From Bugula neritina (lineage: Eukaryota > Animalia > Bryozoa), in contig OZ037765.1 in assembly GCA_964035545.1 (NCBI GenBank), positions 16,120,995 to 16,184,994 on the forward strand: a stretch of DNA of 64,000 nucleotides, written 5' to 3'. Under the pieces are notes generated by a model. That model was not told where the DNA came from, searched no databases, and saw only the letters and a program-made list of their open reading frames with translations. Shown here one piece after another: positions 41,701 to 54,910 of the stretch. How positions within the stretch are numbered: position 1 is the first letter of the stretch; each line of letters starts with the position of its first letter. A program made the position numbers and the translations under genes.

Positions 41701-44700
41701 TCTGGTAATGCTATTGAGTTTTCTCAGTAGGAGACTTCAAGGAGATAGAAGATAGCTGTTGTACATTTGATTGTTACTTTCTACTTTAATATAAGGTTTC
41801 AAGATAATAAATTGCAAATATATATGCTATTTTTTATATTATTGCATTTATGTTACCTACCAAATAATTATATAATACAAGTCAGCGCTTGTTCATTAAT
41901 AGATTGGGACTAGCGCCCCAATTCCTTCTGAGCCGGCCCCTTTAGTTGCCGCCGAGTCAAAGCCATCAGAGCTTGACAATATGCTTGGGAATTTGGAGCT
42001 GGACATGAAAGGACAAGGGGTCTCCCTGCTGACAAAAGGCCTTTGTGGGGCTTGCTGTAAACCCATTGTCGGACAGGTTGGTGAATTCTTCTTTGTGTAC
42101 CACATCTTATAGCATTGTTGCATCGAATTGAGTTATGGTGATGGAGTTTTTTTTATAATAAGAGACATTTATTTTGTAAAAACATTTAACAAGTTTGTTT
42201 CAAATATTGTGCAACTGTTCCTGCATGTGCATCATGATCCTCAATTATAAGCTATTGTTATGTATATTATGACAGTCTCGTTGTTTTTTCTCTACTGCAG
42301 TATTTATGTTGATCCTAATAACTTACCCCCAGCACCACTTGGAAATTGAATATATATTTAATTAAATGTTTGCAATTTCCTAAACCATTGTGTTTATGAT
42401 TATCGTAGAGTGGTTACAAAACACTTTAGCTCTGTATCATTGGATTCAAAATTGTTTTTACTCTGTTGTGTGTGTTATTTTAAAAAATCAGCAGTTGCAT
42501 ACATAATTGTCTCTTTTGAAAATTTTATTAGTTAGAGTTACAAAAACCACATTGACCACTCTGCAACTTTTATTAAGAAAATACCTGTTAGTGTGTCTTC
42601 AACAGTAACCAAGGTGATTAGGCAGCTTAGTTGTATTGTAATTTGATTAACTAAAAATTGTTCTTAATTCTTATTAGTTGCTTTGTCAGTAATACTCAAA
42701 TTAAATGCAAATATTTTAGGGATAACAGTCTTTTGTGAGACTATCACTAAGCAGATTTTAGTACATAATATATATTTATATTTCCTGTGTGTCAACTCTT
42801 TTTTTTCTGTAAAATAATTGCCCCCCACCCGGATTCGAACCACAGACTTCTGGCTTGCAATCAGGTGCGCTAATTACACCACGGGGGGGGGGGGGGCTGC
42901 TCGGTAAACTCAACACTACATCCCACCCAGTTCTCAAAAACTCCACCGGCCTCTCTTTCTACTACAGTCTTCAGGCTCTCCTGGCCACTCAACTCCCTTG
43001 GAGTCTATTACACATCACTAAAGGCCGAAATAGCTTGTAAAATAATTGACCCCATCTGGCACTTGCAAGCAGGTGCGCTAACCAATTACACCACAGGGGC
43101 TGCTGAGTTAACTCAACACTACAATTCTTTTTGTGCTAAACATATTCAAGTAGCAGGGAAATTTTGGGAGAACAAAACAGCAGCCTTGGAATCTTTGTGT
43201 CAAAAATGTTTATATATTTAAATTTTACTACAACCTCTAGCATAACTCTGCTTAATGTAATGGGCACAATAAATTTTTGATCAGGAAAAAGCCTATCAGT
43301 CACCATCCATTATCTTTTCTTGAATTATGATTAGAATCCTTAACGTTGAGTTGATCACTATGTTATCATGTTTCGGTATCTAAAATGTAATATATTTACA
43401 GTTTGTTTGGCAATAGTGAGCTCTGTAGAACCTTGTTTGGAAATATGCAAGATAACTTTGAGAAACCTACACAGGAAAAAAAATTTAAGGTGTAAATTGA
43501 ATATTCAAGAACTGAAAATGAAAAGTTTCAAAACATTTGAGATGAATATCCTTACTCGCTTAAATGAAACTTGTTATTCCATGATAGTTGTTAAGTTTGA
43601 CAGCTTTTTATGACCACTGCAGGTGATAACAGCTTTGGGCAAGATATGGCACCCTGAGCACTTTTGCTGTTTCAGCTGCAAGGAAGAACTGGGGACTAGA
43701 AGCTTTTTTGAGCGAGACAGCATGCCTTACTGTGAGCCTTGCTACCATCGATTGTTTGCTCCACTTTGTGGAAGCTGCAACAATCATATACTTGACGTGA
43801 GTCATCATGTGCTTTTTGTTTCCATTCTATCTCATCCTTCCTGGCTTACATTTTTAAAGTTCTCATCACATTGAGGGTGTACACATCTCAAGTTCAATGA
43901 ATTGTTCCCGGTTGGAAACTTTACCTGTACTGTGGTAGTTGTGGTGATGATTATTTCACAAAAATATTTATATAAAATAATCCATGCTAACTGGGAAGTT
44001 CAATTTTTAACTTTCTGTGCATTAGTTTTTTTATTAAACCTATATATAGATTGCAAATGAACTAACTGTTGGTTTCTATTTACAGAAATGTGTTACTGCT
44101 ATGGACACTACATGGCATATTGAGTGCTTTGTCTGTGAGCATTGTGGGAGAATGCTCAATGATGAAGGGTTTCATGAGAGAGATGGGAAACCTTATTGTG
44201 GGCAAGTATAAAAATTGTAGATCGTTGATCGTCTTAATGCAACTGTGCGCTGTTGACTTACAGATTCATTACCTTTTAAAATGGCAAGTCCTATTTTACC
44301 GCTAGAAAGTGAGCTTCCGGATTAATATGATTTCAATGGGTTTCAGTAAGACTGGGTACTGGAATGTGGGAAATTAACTGAAACTCTTCATTTTTTAAAC
44401 GAAAGTCAAAACTCATTTTTAAAGTTTTTATAGTTGTTGCAAATTTTAAATGATTTCTAAATTATTACACTTTACCGTATATGTACTTGAAACTGTTAGT
44501 AATAAAATGTTAATACTTTTGAAGATAGTTCGTATTATGTTGTCAGCTAGAAAAGTTCAGGTGATTTGCTACTTAAAATTTTCTCATATTGTCTTCTGTT
44601 GCACACACTAATGTATTTATAATGTCCTTATACATTTTTTGATTTCTTTTATTTCAGGCAAGATTATTTTGAGATTTTTGCCCCAAAATGCTCAAGGTGT

Positions 44701-46151
44701 GATCAGCCTATTATAGAGGATTTCATATCTACATTGAACTCTCACTGGCATACTAAGTGTTTCAAGTGCATGGTAAGTATTATGGGGTTACACTATTTCA
44801 GATTACTTTACTTTATAGATTCAAACTGCTATTCATTAAACTAAGTATGTTGATTTTAAATTCAACCTATCCACAAACATCTCTTGTCACGTGGAAGCAA
44901 ATAGTTTATTGGCCATGGCCATGTAGTAGCAATATGGTTTCTGTGTGCAAAGGAAAGAACAGTGACAGGGGGCAGGTAGGACATATGCTTTTAAATGAAA
45001 CTCTGTGGTATGAAATCTGGATATTGGACTGAGCACCTGCACTGAATGATCGTTTTTAACTGCTACAAACTACCACCTCACAAGTGCTTACAAAGTCCAA
45101 CTAGATATTGTCAGTTACCAGGTTAACGTATTTTTCAGTATTGAGATTATAGGCTCATTCGCCAGTCCTAAATTCACTATGTAAAACATGCCCAGAATAA
45201 CTCAACTGTGAGTGTGGAGAACAGCTTTGGACTATTAATGTAGGTCAATCAGTCAGCCAAGCTGCACTGCAGACCTTCTTCATATGATAATAAGAGCAGA
45301 ATCTTTTAATGTCCAGAGATGTTTTCCAAGTTTGTTCTCATGTGTCTTGCAACATAATGCTTGGTTTGATTATCAGAGTAGATATTTTTTCTTTGTGCAA
45401 TGCTCATATATTGGTTCAGTCATTTAAATTTTCAGCCTTTACTTTGTTGTTTCTTCACTTGTGTTCACCAATTTTCCACTGGTCTCTTTTATTGATTTGG
45501 GTGCCTTCGTGATTTGTTTTTATTCAGGTGAGGCTTCTGTGACTACTGACTAGGATCACTTGTTTTAATTGCCGTATGTAATATTGCCTTTTGCTCCTGA
45601 TAGGCTACTTGTTTCCTTTTCTCTAAAGATCATCTCCTCAAGTTACACTTTGTATTTGATCAAGTTACCATCAACCTCTATTCCTATTCATGATTGATGA
45701 TTTAATGTGCATATTATTTCAGTTACATAATACCAGATAAGCTTAGCTTGTGCAGGCTATATTCAGAAAATTTGTTAAGTGTTTACTTAGTTAAGACCAC
45801 TACATCTTATTTGTAGTGCAAACTAACTTTATTGTTCTTGTAAACTATCCTTATATATCCTATTAAAATATCTGGTTGTTGTAGGAATGTGGGGTAATAC
45901 TGGCTGGTGGAAGCTTTTATGATCATAATGGTGAGCCTTATTGTGAGACTCACTACTACGCTAAAAGAGGCTCCCTGTGTGCTGGTTGCCAAAAACCAAT
46001 AACGGGTAGATGTATTACTGCCATGTCGAGAAAATTTCATCCCGAGCACTTCACCTGTGCTTTCTGTTTAAAACAGCTCAACAAAGGCACATTCAAAGAG
46101 CAAAATGATAAGCCATACTGTCATCCATGTTTTGTAAAACTATTTGGTTAA
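38736..46151 (+). CDS. PXN: Paxillin (LD motifs plus four LIM domains), 10 coding exons
   Basis: Exons 38736-38748, 39291-39646, 39788-39995, 40396-40537 (acceptor less certain), 41341-41410, 41903-42076, 43623-43796, 44086-44201, 44658-44772, 45885-46151. LD1 MDSLDELLADL, LD2 [14 protein letters not shown]4 [15 protein letters not shown]5 ELDNMLGNL; the LIM region ends [38 protein letters not shown]. Confidence 0.95.
38870..39281. mobile_element. Foldback/palindromic MITE in the first coding intron of paxillin
   Basis: ~150-bp imperfect inverted arms, e.g. GCTAATGAACATGGGTTTTTGCCCAAA versus TTTGGGCAAAAACCCATGTTCATTAGC, and AATACACCTAAATAATCAAGGT versus ACCTTGATTATTTAGGTGTATT. Confidence 0.85.
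42808..43123 (-). mobile_element. TRIM (miniature LTR retrotransposon) with tRNA-like sequence inside its LTRs
   Basis: Two direct repeats bounded by TG...CA (42808-42920 and 43036-43123) around a 115-bp interior; minus-strand PPT GAGAACTGGGTGGGA abuts the 3' LTR; LTRs contain A-box TGGTGTAATTGG and B-box GGTTCGAATCC; flanks TTTC/ATTC (4-bp TSD with one mismatch). Confidence 0.78.
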
Positions 46152-49021
46152 TATTCAGGTCTTGCATTTGGTTTTCCACAGCATTGGTATGATTATGCTA
46201 AAAATTTTACTATCACACTTTTACTATTTACGTTCTACTAACTAATAGGTTTAATATAGTTTGAATCATTTTATATTTTACTACTAATGTTGGTATACTT
46301 TTCAGCTCTCATATGCAAAAATGAAATTAAGCTATTTGATTTAACACACCCTTTGTTGATCTACTGTCACAATTATTGCTTAGCATTGTAAGTAATTTCT
46401 CTAGTTATTCTATTTCCTATTCAGGCAAGTTGTCTATTGTTTACTGCTTCACTATTTGAAAGCATCACTAAAATTCAGAGCTTTGCAACACCTCATAAAT
46501 TTTTGAATTTATTTAATGTAACATTTTTTACAATTTTTCCCTGTTATAAAAGAGCCAATTTTAATGGTTGCCACAGGATTTACTGGTATTCATGTTAAAA
46601 ATATCTGTCATGATGTTAACTAGCTGATTAGAAGTTGCACTTGGAATTACCTGTATAATTCTTTGTCACCAAGTTTCAGTTTTCAAATTTTACAACTGGA
46701 TGGTATGATTTGCTATTTTAATATTATGAGTGTTGAGGGAGTCAATGTTTTACCTTTGAAGTTGATCTATCATTGAGTAACGATAAAAATGTGTGAAGTG
46801 CTTACTGATTTATTTTGATATTAATGTTTCTTAATTTTTACCCTAATCATCTATATTATGATGTTGAGAATTAGTTTGCTACTGTCTCACTATCAGTCTC
46901 CTTGACAATACACTTTTTCTCTGATTAGTTTATTAGATTTTACATAAACCATTAGTAGAGTGATAGATTTCCTGATCTAATCAATATATATTTATACTTT
47001 ATCTTAACAGGGAATATAACTTTTATAAAAAATATTATAAAATGTAATCAATAAGTAACACAGTGTGGTTTCTGCACTTTATTTTAATTTTGTCTCTTTG
47101 AATCTCAAAAGACATCTCTGTAAAGTCTCGAGTTAGCAGGATTATTTTATATGTGCATAAATTTTCAACATAGCTGATAGCTAGTATATTTGAATTATGT
47201 TGAGATTATTTGCACATCAATAAAATAGTCTTGGCCATGGCCATGCACAGAGCTGAAAAACTACATATAGTAAGTAAACTTGGCTTGCGTAATTAAGAGC
47301 ATATAGTGAACCCTGGAGGATAGTCTAAATTCATAAAATTTAATTAAGCTTCACCAACAAATTGGGCTGTGTATTATACGTATAAGCACTTATGTCTTTA
47401 AAACAATGCTGGTGTTTTTATACTATTTTAATCGTGACTAGAGTCAAAATGCTTTTGGCTCAGTTATGTTTATAGAGGAAAACCCTAAAGCTTTGCTATA
47501 ATTTAAAATATATAAAATAATTACTATGCTTAAGCCACCCATTAGAACAAAGGTCTGGTGGTGCCTTACCTTTAAAGATCATGGGTGAATACTTCTTTGG
47601 TGTGTGCAATTTACCACAACGATACTAATTTCTTGTTAGAAAACTAGGACAAGCTGTTCTATACTGATTGAGTAAACCAGAAACACTAACACCAGGTATC
47701 ATCTTAAGTCTGAACAGGTTAATTATGACAGACCTAACACATTTGAGCTAAATGTATTGCTATTATAAAATTATTTCCTATCCAACTTTAGGCAACATTT
47801 TTGCTATCACATCAGAAAGTATGGAGGAAGCTTATAAATGATAGCAATGAAACTACAAGTCCAAAAAAAAGTTTCCCAACCAAACCATATGGGAGCAGTA
47901 GTGGAGAAGTTGAGATAGCCTAAGATCTTTAATGTTAATATTGAAATTTGGTTTGGGCTATGGGTCAGAATTTTTTTGAGAACATAACTTCTTTTGCTAC
48001 ATTTTTAATCTAGAATACAGGCTTTTCTCAATTTTCTCAATATCTCCATTACTTCACCTACCTCCACCAAGCGCACAAAGTGTTGCCATAACCAGTTGTC
48101 TTATGATAAAACCAACTCACAAAATCAAGATTACCTGCTTCTAATTCCTTTCCAGACCCTTTTACAGTTTAGTTTTGGCAGGCTCATAACACCTATTTAA
48201 AATGGTAAACTCAATATTTTATTATATATAAGAACCTTATGAACCTATATGCATGTTGCTCTAATTGATGCCATTGAAAAAATTTGACTACAGACTGCTA
48301 TGCTTCACACACTCACCTGTCTAAAGCTCTACTATTATCTTTGAGGAAATTACAGAACTTCAAGAACATAAAACTGCATGTATTTCTATTTTTGGTTTGT
48401 ATGCTGATGCATTCTTTACAAAACTTATAATAATAATCCCGTTTCTGTTCTTCATCCATGGTAGATTTTTTCTGTGACATCTAAAAATCAGTTTTAAGAA
48501 TATATAGAAATCAAGACATGCTATGATAGGTGGTTATAGAATAGCTGTTTATGGTTTAAATCAAAGATTTCTATAGTCAACTTTTTTAATTTCCTGGCAA
48601 TTAGCATCAAGAAAACATTCTGGTGCATATTTTTTGTGAAACACAAAGTTAAAAAAGGCTATAGAGAGAGATGTTTTTATAGTTGCATTTGAAGAAAACT
48701 GCATTTAACTAGAACTTTCAAAACATGAGAGAATTCACAAGGAAACCGAGGTAAAGTGCTTAAATTCAGATCAAAATGAGACACATGCATACAGGCATGA
48801 TTCTATAAAGAAAATATGCTATGAAAAATTTTAGCTCCAAGGTATAATAGTAATGCCATAAGATGCTGAAGTTTTTATCTGAGGCTAAATATTTGCAATA
48901 ATATACTGTTGTAGTTTTGTGCACTACTGAAGTGGGGTATTATTGTACACAAGAGTTACTGCTGCATGGTTCACTATGAGGTTATGAAAAGAACCGAAAT
49001 AGTTGACGTTTATAAAAGATC

Positions 49022-49355
49022 TGTATTGAATGTCTAATTAGATACAAATAAAGTCATCAATGGTCGCAAAAGAATATACACAATATTATCCTAGTCTATC
49101 TGACAGTTATCCTCTGACTGAAACTGTGTGCCGGAAGGCGCTATTTATATCCAGGAGGTGGATACTGATTGGCCAGTGGAAGGTTCCGGCGGTGTTGCCG
49201 CAGAGAGTGACTCGGTGCCGCTTGGAACTGTGGCATCGCTAACAGAGTTGTAGTCTCTTGGAACTTTATGCCTCATAATATAATACAATGTCACCTCTCT
49301 GCTGCAAGTACTTATGTAAGGGGTACTGGGGGGTATACTTCCCGCAGCCATTACA
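49022..49355 (-). mobile_element. Solo LTR related to the gypsy LTR at 54575-54910
   Basis: Reverse complement reads TGTAATGGCTGCGGGAAGTATACCCCCCAGTACCCC...CCGGAACCTT...CCAATCAG...TATAAAT...AATACA, collinear with 54575-54910; TG...CA ends. TSD not clean. Confidence 0.8.
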
Positions 49356-50490
49356 ATATTACCATTTGAAAACTTATATTTTTTCACCGAACATGGAGAT
49401 CATATATGAAATATTTAGATGTCAATTTTACTCCTAGTGGACTTGAATATAATATGAGCTTTGTGTAGACTGTAAAATTTCTTGGCTTTCGATCATCATG
49501 CCTTACCAGGACACTGCCTACTCCTTCTTGAAAAAAAGTATTCAAAATATGCTAGAAGCTTTGAACAACTTTCAAAGTACTTCAAGTCATCACAGAGACT
49601 ACTTAAGTAGAAAAGTTTGTAAATGCACAAAGATGGCTCAATAAAATTTTCAGCCCTCTCTACAAAATTAAACTTATGTTGCACGTAAAAACGTTATCAA
49701 GCAGCTGCATCTAGAGAAGGGCAACAATTGCCTTCATCAACGCTCCATCTCCAAAATGTAGTGAGTAGACTGTAGATTGTTGAAAAAGACCGCATCACTA
49801 TAACATAACTGACTCAAGCCCCTGAGCCTAAAATACATTGAAAAGTATTATATTCTGTTGCTGTAAAACTGATTGCAATGCATCCTGATGCAAGGATTGT
49901 CTGAATAAAAGATCCTTTTGAAGAAAAAGACCCAAATGAGGTAATGGCATTAATAATGATTGTAAGAAAACTCGAAACATTTGTTATATAATTTGCTTCA
50001 GACAAAAATTTTATATTCTATGCTTTAATCTTTCCCCATTTTTGTGATTTTAAAATACATTTACTGCTTTCACAGAATCTTGTTTTATTTTTGCAGATCA
50101 ATAGAAGACTTATTTGGTTGATGCTCAAAAGATTTCAACATGCATCCATAACAAATTTTTTAAAAATTCAATTCTTTGACATATTAGCATAAATAGCTTT
50201 CAATGTTACATAACTAGCTTCTTTTCTATACTTGTTATGTATCATGCTTTTGCCAAATGTAATGTGTCATTCATGCATATAGCAAACACGTGTTTCTATT
50301 GACAACTTGGTTGTGAAAAAAGATAGTGTTTTGCAAATTATGAATGCAGAATTAGTGTATAATTTTAATAAACAACTAATTTTTGTATCTCACCAAACAT
50401 TATTGTTTATAGACAGATAGTTAGTATTGGATGCTATTTTGCACGATATGCACTTCTAATTTAATCACCCATCCAATATGTATATTTGTC

Positions 50491-53400
50491 TATCAGCAGT
50501 ACATACCTGACTTTGCGGGGATAGCGCAGCTGGTAAATCGGCTCACCGCAAAGGGGGGACTAATGGCAGTGAACCGCAACTGAACAGCAAGCATTTGACA
50601 GCCTCGAGGGTTGCTTGCTAAAGCGATCGCCCTGGCCTACCCAAATCCTGCATGGGAATACATCCTAGACACTGATGCCAGTGACCACAATGTGGGTGCC
50701 GCGCTGTCGCAGATCCAAGATAGCCGGGAGGTAGTCGTTGCTTACTATAACAAAGCTCTCTTCACCGCTGAGAAGAATTATTGCACCACCAGAAAGAAGC
50801 TCCTGGCAGTAATTAAGGCGGTGAAACACTTCCGACCTTGTCTCTACGGTAGAATGTTCCGGCTGCGAACGAATCATGCCTCATTGATTCGGTTGTGTAA
50901 GAAGGCTGAACCTTCCAGTCAGGTCGCACAATGGCTCAAATTCCTGGCCGACCTTTCCTACCGGATCGAACAATGCAAACGGGCTAAACCGGTGACCAGG
51001 CGGAGGGTGCAGGCAGTGTCTCAACATTAAGAAGAGGGACGGAGGCCCCTTTAGTTTTAATGTGGAGGCACAGCCTGAAGACGGAGGCGGGTACAGCTAG
51101 AGGCATGGTCGACTAATGCCCGACAATTCTGCCAATGCTGCCAACCCCATTTTGGCTGATAGTGTCACTGAGCTACGGAAACTCCAGGAAACTTTGCTTG
51201 AGATAGTGGGCAACATTTACCTGACCAAAAAAAGAAAAGGCGACCCAGTGAGGAGGAGCAATAGAAGAAGTGTTCTGAGTTCCAGATGTTCTGCCGTCGC
51301 TGAGACTCCTTGCGGATCAACTCAGATAGGCTCTTGACCATCACGTTGGTCGCCACTGACAGACACCCAAAGCGGGAGCGGGTGGTCTGTTCCTTCGCCC
51401 TTTGTCCAGAGTTAATTTGGGACACACACAAGCAGGCCCACGCAAGGGTCCAGCGTGTGTTCACAAAGTTACAACTCCGGTGGTACTAGCCAAAGATGAG
51501 GCGTGACGTGCAGCTCAAAGTGAAACAGTGTGAAATCTGTCAGGCTAGCAAGCATGGCCAATCCCCACGTAACTTGGGGTGGCGAAGGCTGTGTGCTGGT
51601 CGCTCATAGCAGGTGGTCGCTGTTGATCTAGTAGGCCTCATGCTCCTGACACCTCGAGGCAACAGCTGGATCTTGATGCTCTCGAACCACTTTACTCGGT
51701 AGGCCGATGCCTTAGCTATACCAGACACATCGGCTCCAACAGTGGCCCCGGTGCTCGATCAGAATGTCTTCTGTTATCTAGGCCTTCCAAAACAGATACA
51801 TTTAGACCAAGGTGCCCAGTTTCAGTCTCCGCTCATGGGTGACCTCTGTCACCTCTGGGGGTGGGGGGAACCAGAGCGAGACTACCCCGTACCATCCTCA
51901 AGGTAACTGGGTTGTGGAACGCAATAACCGCATGATAGGAATGCGCTCCGGAGCCTGTTCCTCGGCCGCAGTCAAGAAGAATCGGATACGGTGCTCCCAC
52001 AGGTTATGCGAGCCTACCGCAGTACACCTCACACCAGTGCTTTAGAGACTCCCAACTTCTTGATGCTCGGTCAAGAGACACGAGTCTCTGACCACCTCAC
52101 CTACCACATTCCCGACCACAATAACTCCCTACATGAGTATGTGGGGGAGTTGGTAGAGCACATGAGGACTCACACGGTATGCGTCGAGAGAAGCAATGGC
52201 AGGTACAGAACGATGACTCTGACGAGCCCTCTATTAGCTGGGGGACTGCGTCTAGATGGCCAACTACTGCAGGCACTGCAGACAAGCGGCGAAATCACAG
52301 CCGACGTTCGTGGGACCCTCTCTGGTAGTCGAGGCTCTGCCCATTCATATGTTCAAGGTCGAACGCTCAGGACAGGTGTCTTTTCAAAATGAAGTTTGCT
52401 TGAAGCCATACTGGGCTAGCCCCAATGCGGTAGAGGCAGCACCGCCGTTGCTCGAGCTCAGGAGGCAGACGGAAATGCGAGGGTGGGTACGGCACGGACC
52501 CAAGTTTGAAGTGGTGGTGCCGCGAGACAATGATCTGATCAGAGACAGGCGGCCACCCCCTCCGCCAGAGGATCAACTGCCACCTCCAGAATCAGCCTCA
52601 GTCTTGCCACCCACTGAGCCTGACCCGGGCCAGAAAGTGAGGACCCCCCCTCTCCGAGGGCTGTCTCGACTCAAGCGGCTGAACAGGAACCAGTATAGGT
52701 TCTCCCACCCAAGCAACTCCTTCTGCGGTTCTCAGGAGCTCAAGGGCGGAGTCCCTGCTACTTCTCGAGAGAAGTCAGCGGTCGCGGCAACCTCCGCCAT
52801 ACCTGCGAGACATTGTCTGCGACTGCGTACAAAACAGCAGATAAAGGAGTCATGCAGCAAACACCGCAGGAAGTTGCTGCGGGCAATGTGGGAGCTGTGG
52901 GCCCGAAGGCAATGGTGATTTTTGCGAGGGCAGAGTTGTGGACGGAATTAATCTGCCAGCAGTACAAAATCCGAGAGCACGTACAGCAATATGCAGATGT
53001 AGTTAAGGCCAGACGTACGTTCCACAAATCACCACACTTCACCTCCAAACGTTCAAGTATGCAACTAAATACTGAATTTAAGGGTAAGTCAGTCAGATCT
53101 AGTATTCCTACTAATATGGAAACTGGTCTGTTATCAGTTCAGTCTGACTCCATTAACCTAGTTGAGTCGGACTTGCTAAAGACTTCGGCTACAGGTAATG
53201 GCGGCGAGAGCATGATAATGAAAAGCAATCTTCTAGATCTTAAACTGGTATTCATGACTCTCAGTCAGTCTACCTCACTGCCAACTGTGAGTGCGTAGTG
53301 AAAACGTTTGTGATTCTCAAACTGTACAGTGTCGGGTCTAACACGAGTCAGAGTGTTCAGATCCCTACAGGTCTCACACTGATTCTGCTCTTTTCAGATA

Positions 53401-54910
53401 CCACTCGACCTGCTGCCGTGAATGCCTCCATGCCACCCAAGCTTATCTGGGATGACAGCTTAGTGCCAGAGCAGCCACCCTCACCTCTCCTTCTACTGTC
53501 AGACTCCCTTCACAAACGATGGCGCTGGGTAGACCTGGTAACTGATCTCCAGATGCGGGCCGTTTGGGGGACATCAATAACACCTCTTGCCAGTTATGCC
53601 AAAAAACATTCAGTTCTACTCCTTACCTGAAGCGCCACGTGCACCGGCATTATACGGTGACTTTTTGTCCATGCAGAGTACATGATTATTACGAGCACTA
53701 TGTTGAGTGCCACCAGCTGCTACGGAGGGTATACCTTTCAAGTTGACAAGCTCATGTTCACGAAGTTTTTCGCCATCATCCAGCCGCTAATCAACAACAC
53801 AAGGGACATGACTGCCTTGTCCCAGGGATTTCCATCTACTCAGCCTATCACAGAGGGACCAATTCCAGCACCAGACCGAACATCGTTCATCTAGTCAGCA
53901 TCTTCTTGTCAGTCTCGTCCTCATCACCCAGCCCCCTCCGCTGTGTGGCAACCGACCCAGTGACAGCTGGACCATCGCCTCATTGGCAATCTTCTCCTCC
54001 AAAAGACGCCAGGCCCATTAAGAGGCCAAAGAGACACAATGATACGAAGGCTGACCGAGAGGTACCTGGTCCCTCAACCCCAGACTCCCAATGACTCCAT
54101 CTGCGAAGCTGAGCGGCATATCCATAAACTACAAATCGGGTTTGACCAGCTCGCACCCCAACTGTTGGCCACTACTAGCGGGCTGAACCAGCTAAAAGAC
54201 TACGTGGCCCGCCTAAAAAGGACACTCTGTAAAACCTAAAACCATCTGCCACCCGCTCCGGGCATGCATATATTTTATGTTGATACTTCATTTTTTTGTA
54301 TTTTTTTACTTTGTATTTTTCTTTTCTTTCTAACATAGCAGTTGCTTACTGTTGTTACAAGTCCCACTTGTTGACTACATTGGTCGAGCTGTGATACAAG
54401 GATGTCTCAAATTTAGTTCTTTCCAATATATTTTGTACCATAAGTTTTTATAATAATGTGTCTTTAAACTAGCACTTGTTAATATATAGTTTTTTTACAT
54501 TTACCAATACTTCCCTATGTTTTTGGATGTATCAGAAAGTGGGCTTTCTGCTGGAAGGAGGGGGGGGGGGGTGGTGTAGTAGTTGGGAAAATTATACCCC
54601 TCAGTACCCCCTGCTAAACACTAACAATATATTATGGTGCAACTATAGTCTCATGGACCACAACTCCGCTAGTCATGCCGCTTCTCTGTGCCGCACCACA
54701 CTACTCTTTACGGTGACACTACCGGAACCTTATCTTATCTAATCAGGATCAACCCCATGTATATAAACAATATCTTTTGGTGCCCACACCAGCCTAGACG
54801 ATGGTAGTTAAGCAGATAAGTTGACCTTGTGAAACGTTTTGCTAATTGTACTCTTTTCTCTCTTATACTTATATATGATTTTTATTGTGCGTAATTGAAA
54901 TACTAATACA
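50491..54910 (+). mobile_element. Ty3/gypsy LTR retrotransposon copy A (5'-truncated, decayed): RNase H, integrase, accessory gene, PPT, 3' LTR
   Basis: RNase H ILDTDASDHNVGAALSQ...NYCTTRKKLLAV; integrase HxHxxx..CxxC, VDLVG, YHPQGN..VERNN, AYRSTPHTS, FVGP; many stops and frameshifts; PPT GGAAGGAG(n) at 54553-54571; LTR TGTAGTAG...AATACA at 54575-54910. Confidence 0.93.
53059..54239 (+). pseudogene. Spliced accessory zinc-finger/coiled-coil gene of gypsy copy A (exon 53059-53083, intron 53084-53397, exon 53398-54239; frameshifted)
   Basis: ATG+7 codons+G|GTAAGT ... TTTTCAG|AT; GDINNTSCQLCQKTFSSTPYLKRHVHRHYTVTFCPC..., LSQGFPSTQPITEGPIPAP, terminal amphipathic helix; collinear with 61026-62178. 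Confidence 0.75.

Noticed and set aside
42820-42898. Functional tRNA gene (Ala/Cys-like) on the minus strand
   Set aside because: D-loop deletion, expanded homopolymer and imperfect stems; it sits inside a TG..CA repeat and is better explained as part of a TRIM LTR.
47500-50050. LINE reverse-transcriptase relic (LYADA ~48398, KYLDVNFT ~49410)
   Set aside because: Motifs are degenerate and their spacing is too long for an RT domain even after removing the solo LTR; cannot be supported without a search.
52813-54239. env gene in the gypsy elements
   Set aside because: No signal peptide, furin cleavage site or transmembrane anchor; the region encodes zinc-finger and coiled-coil motifs instead.
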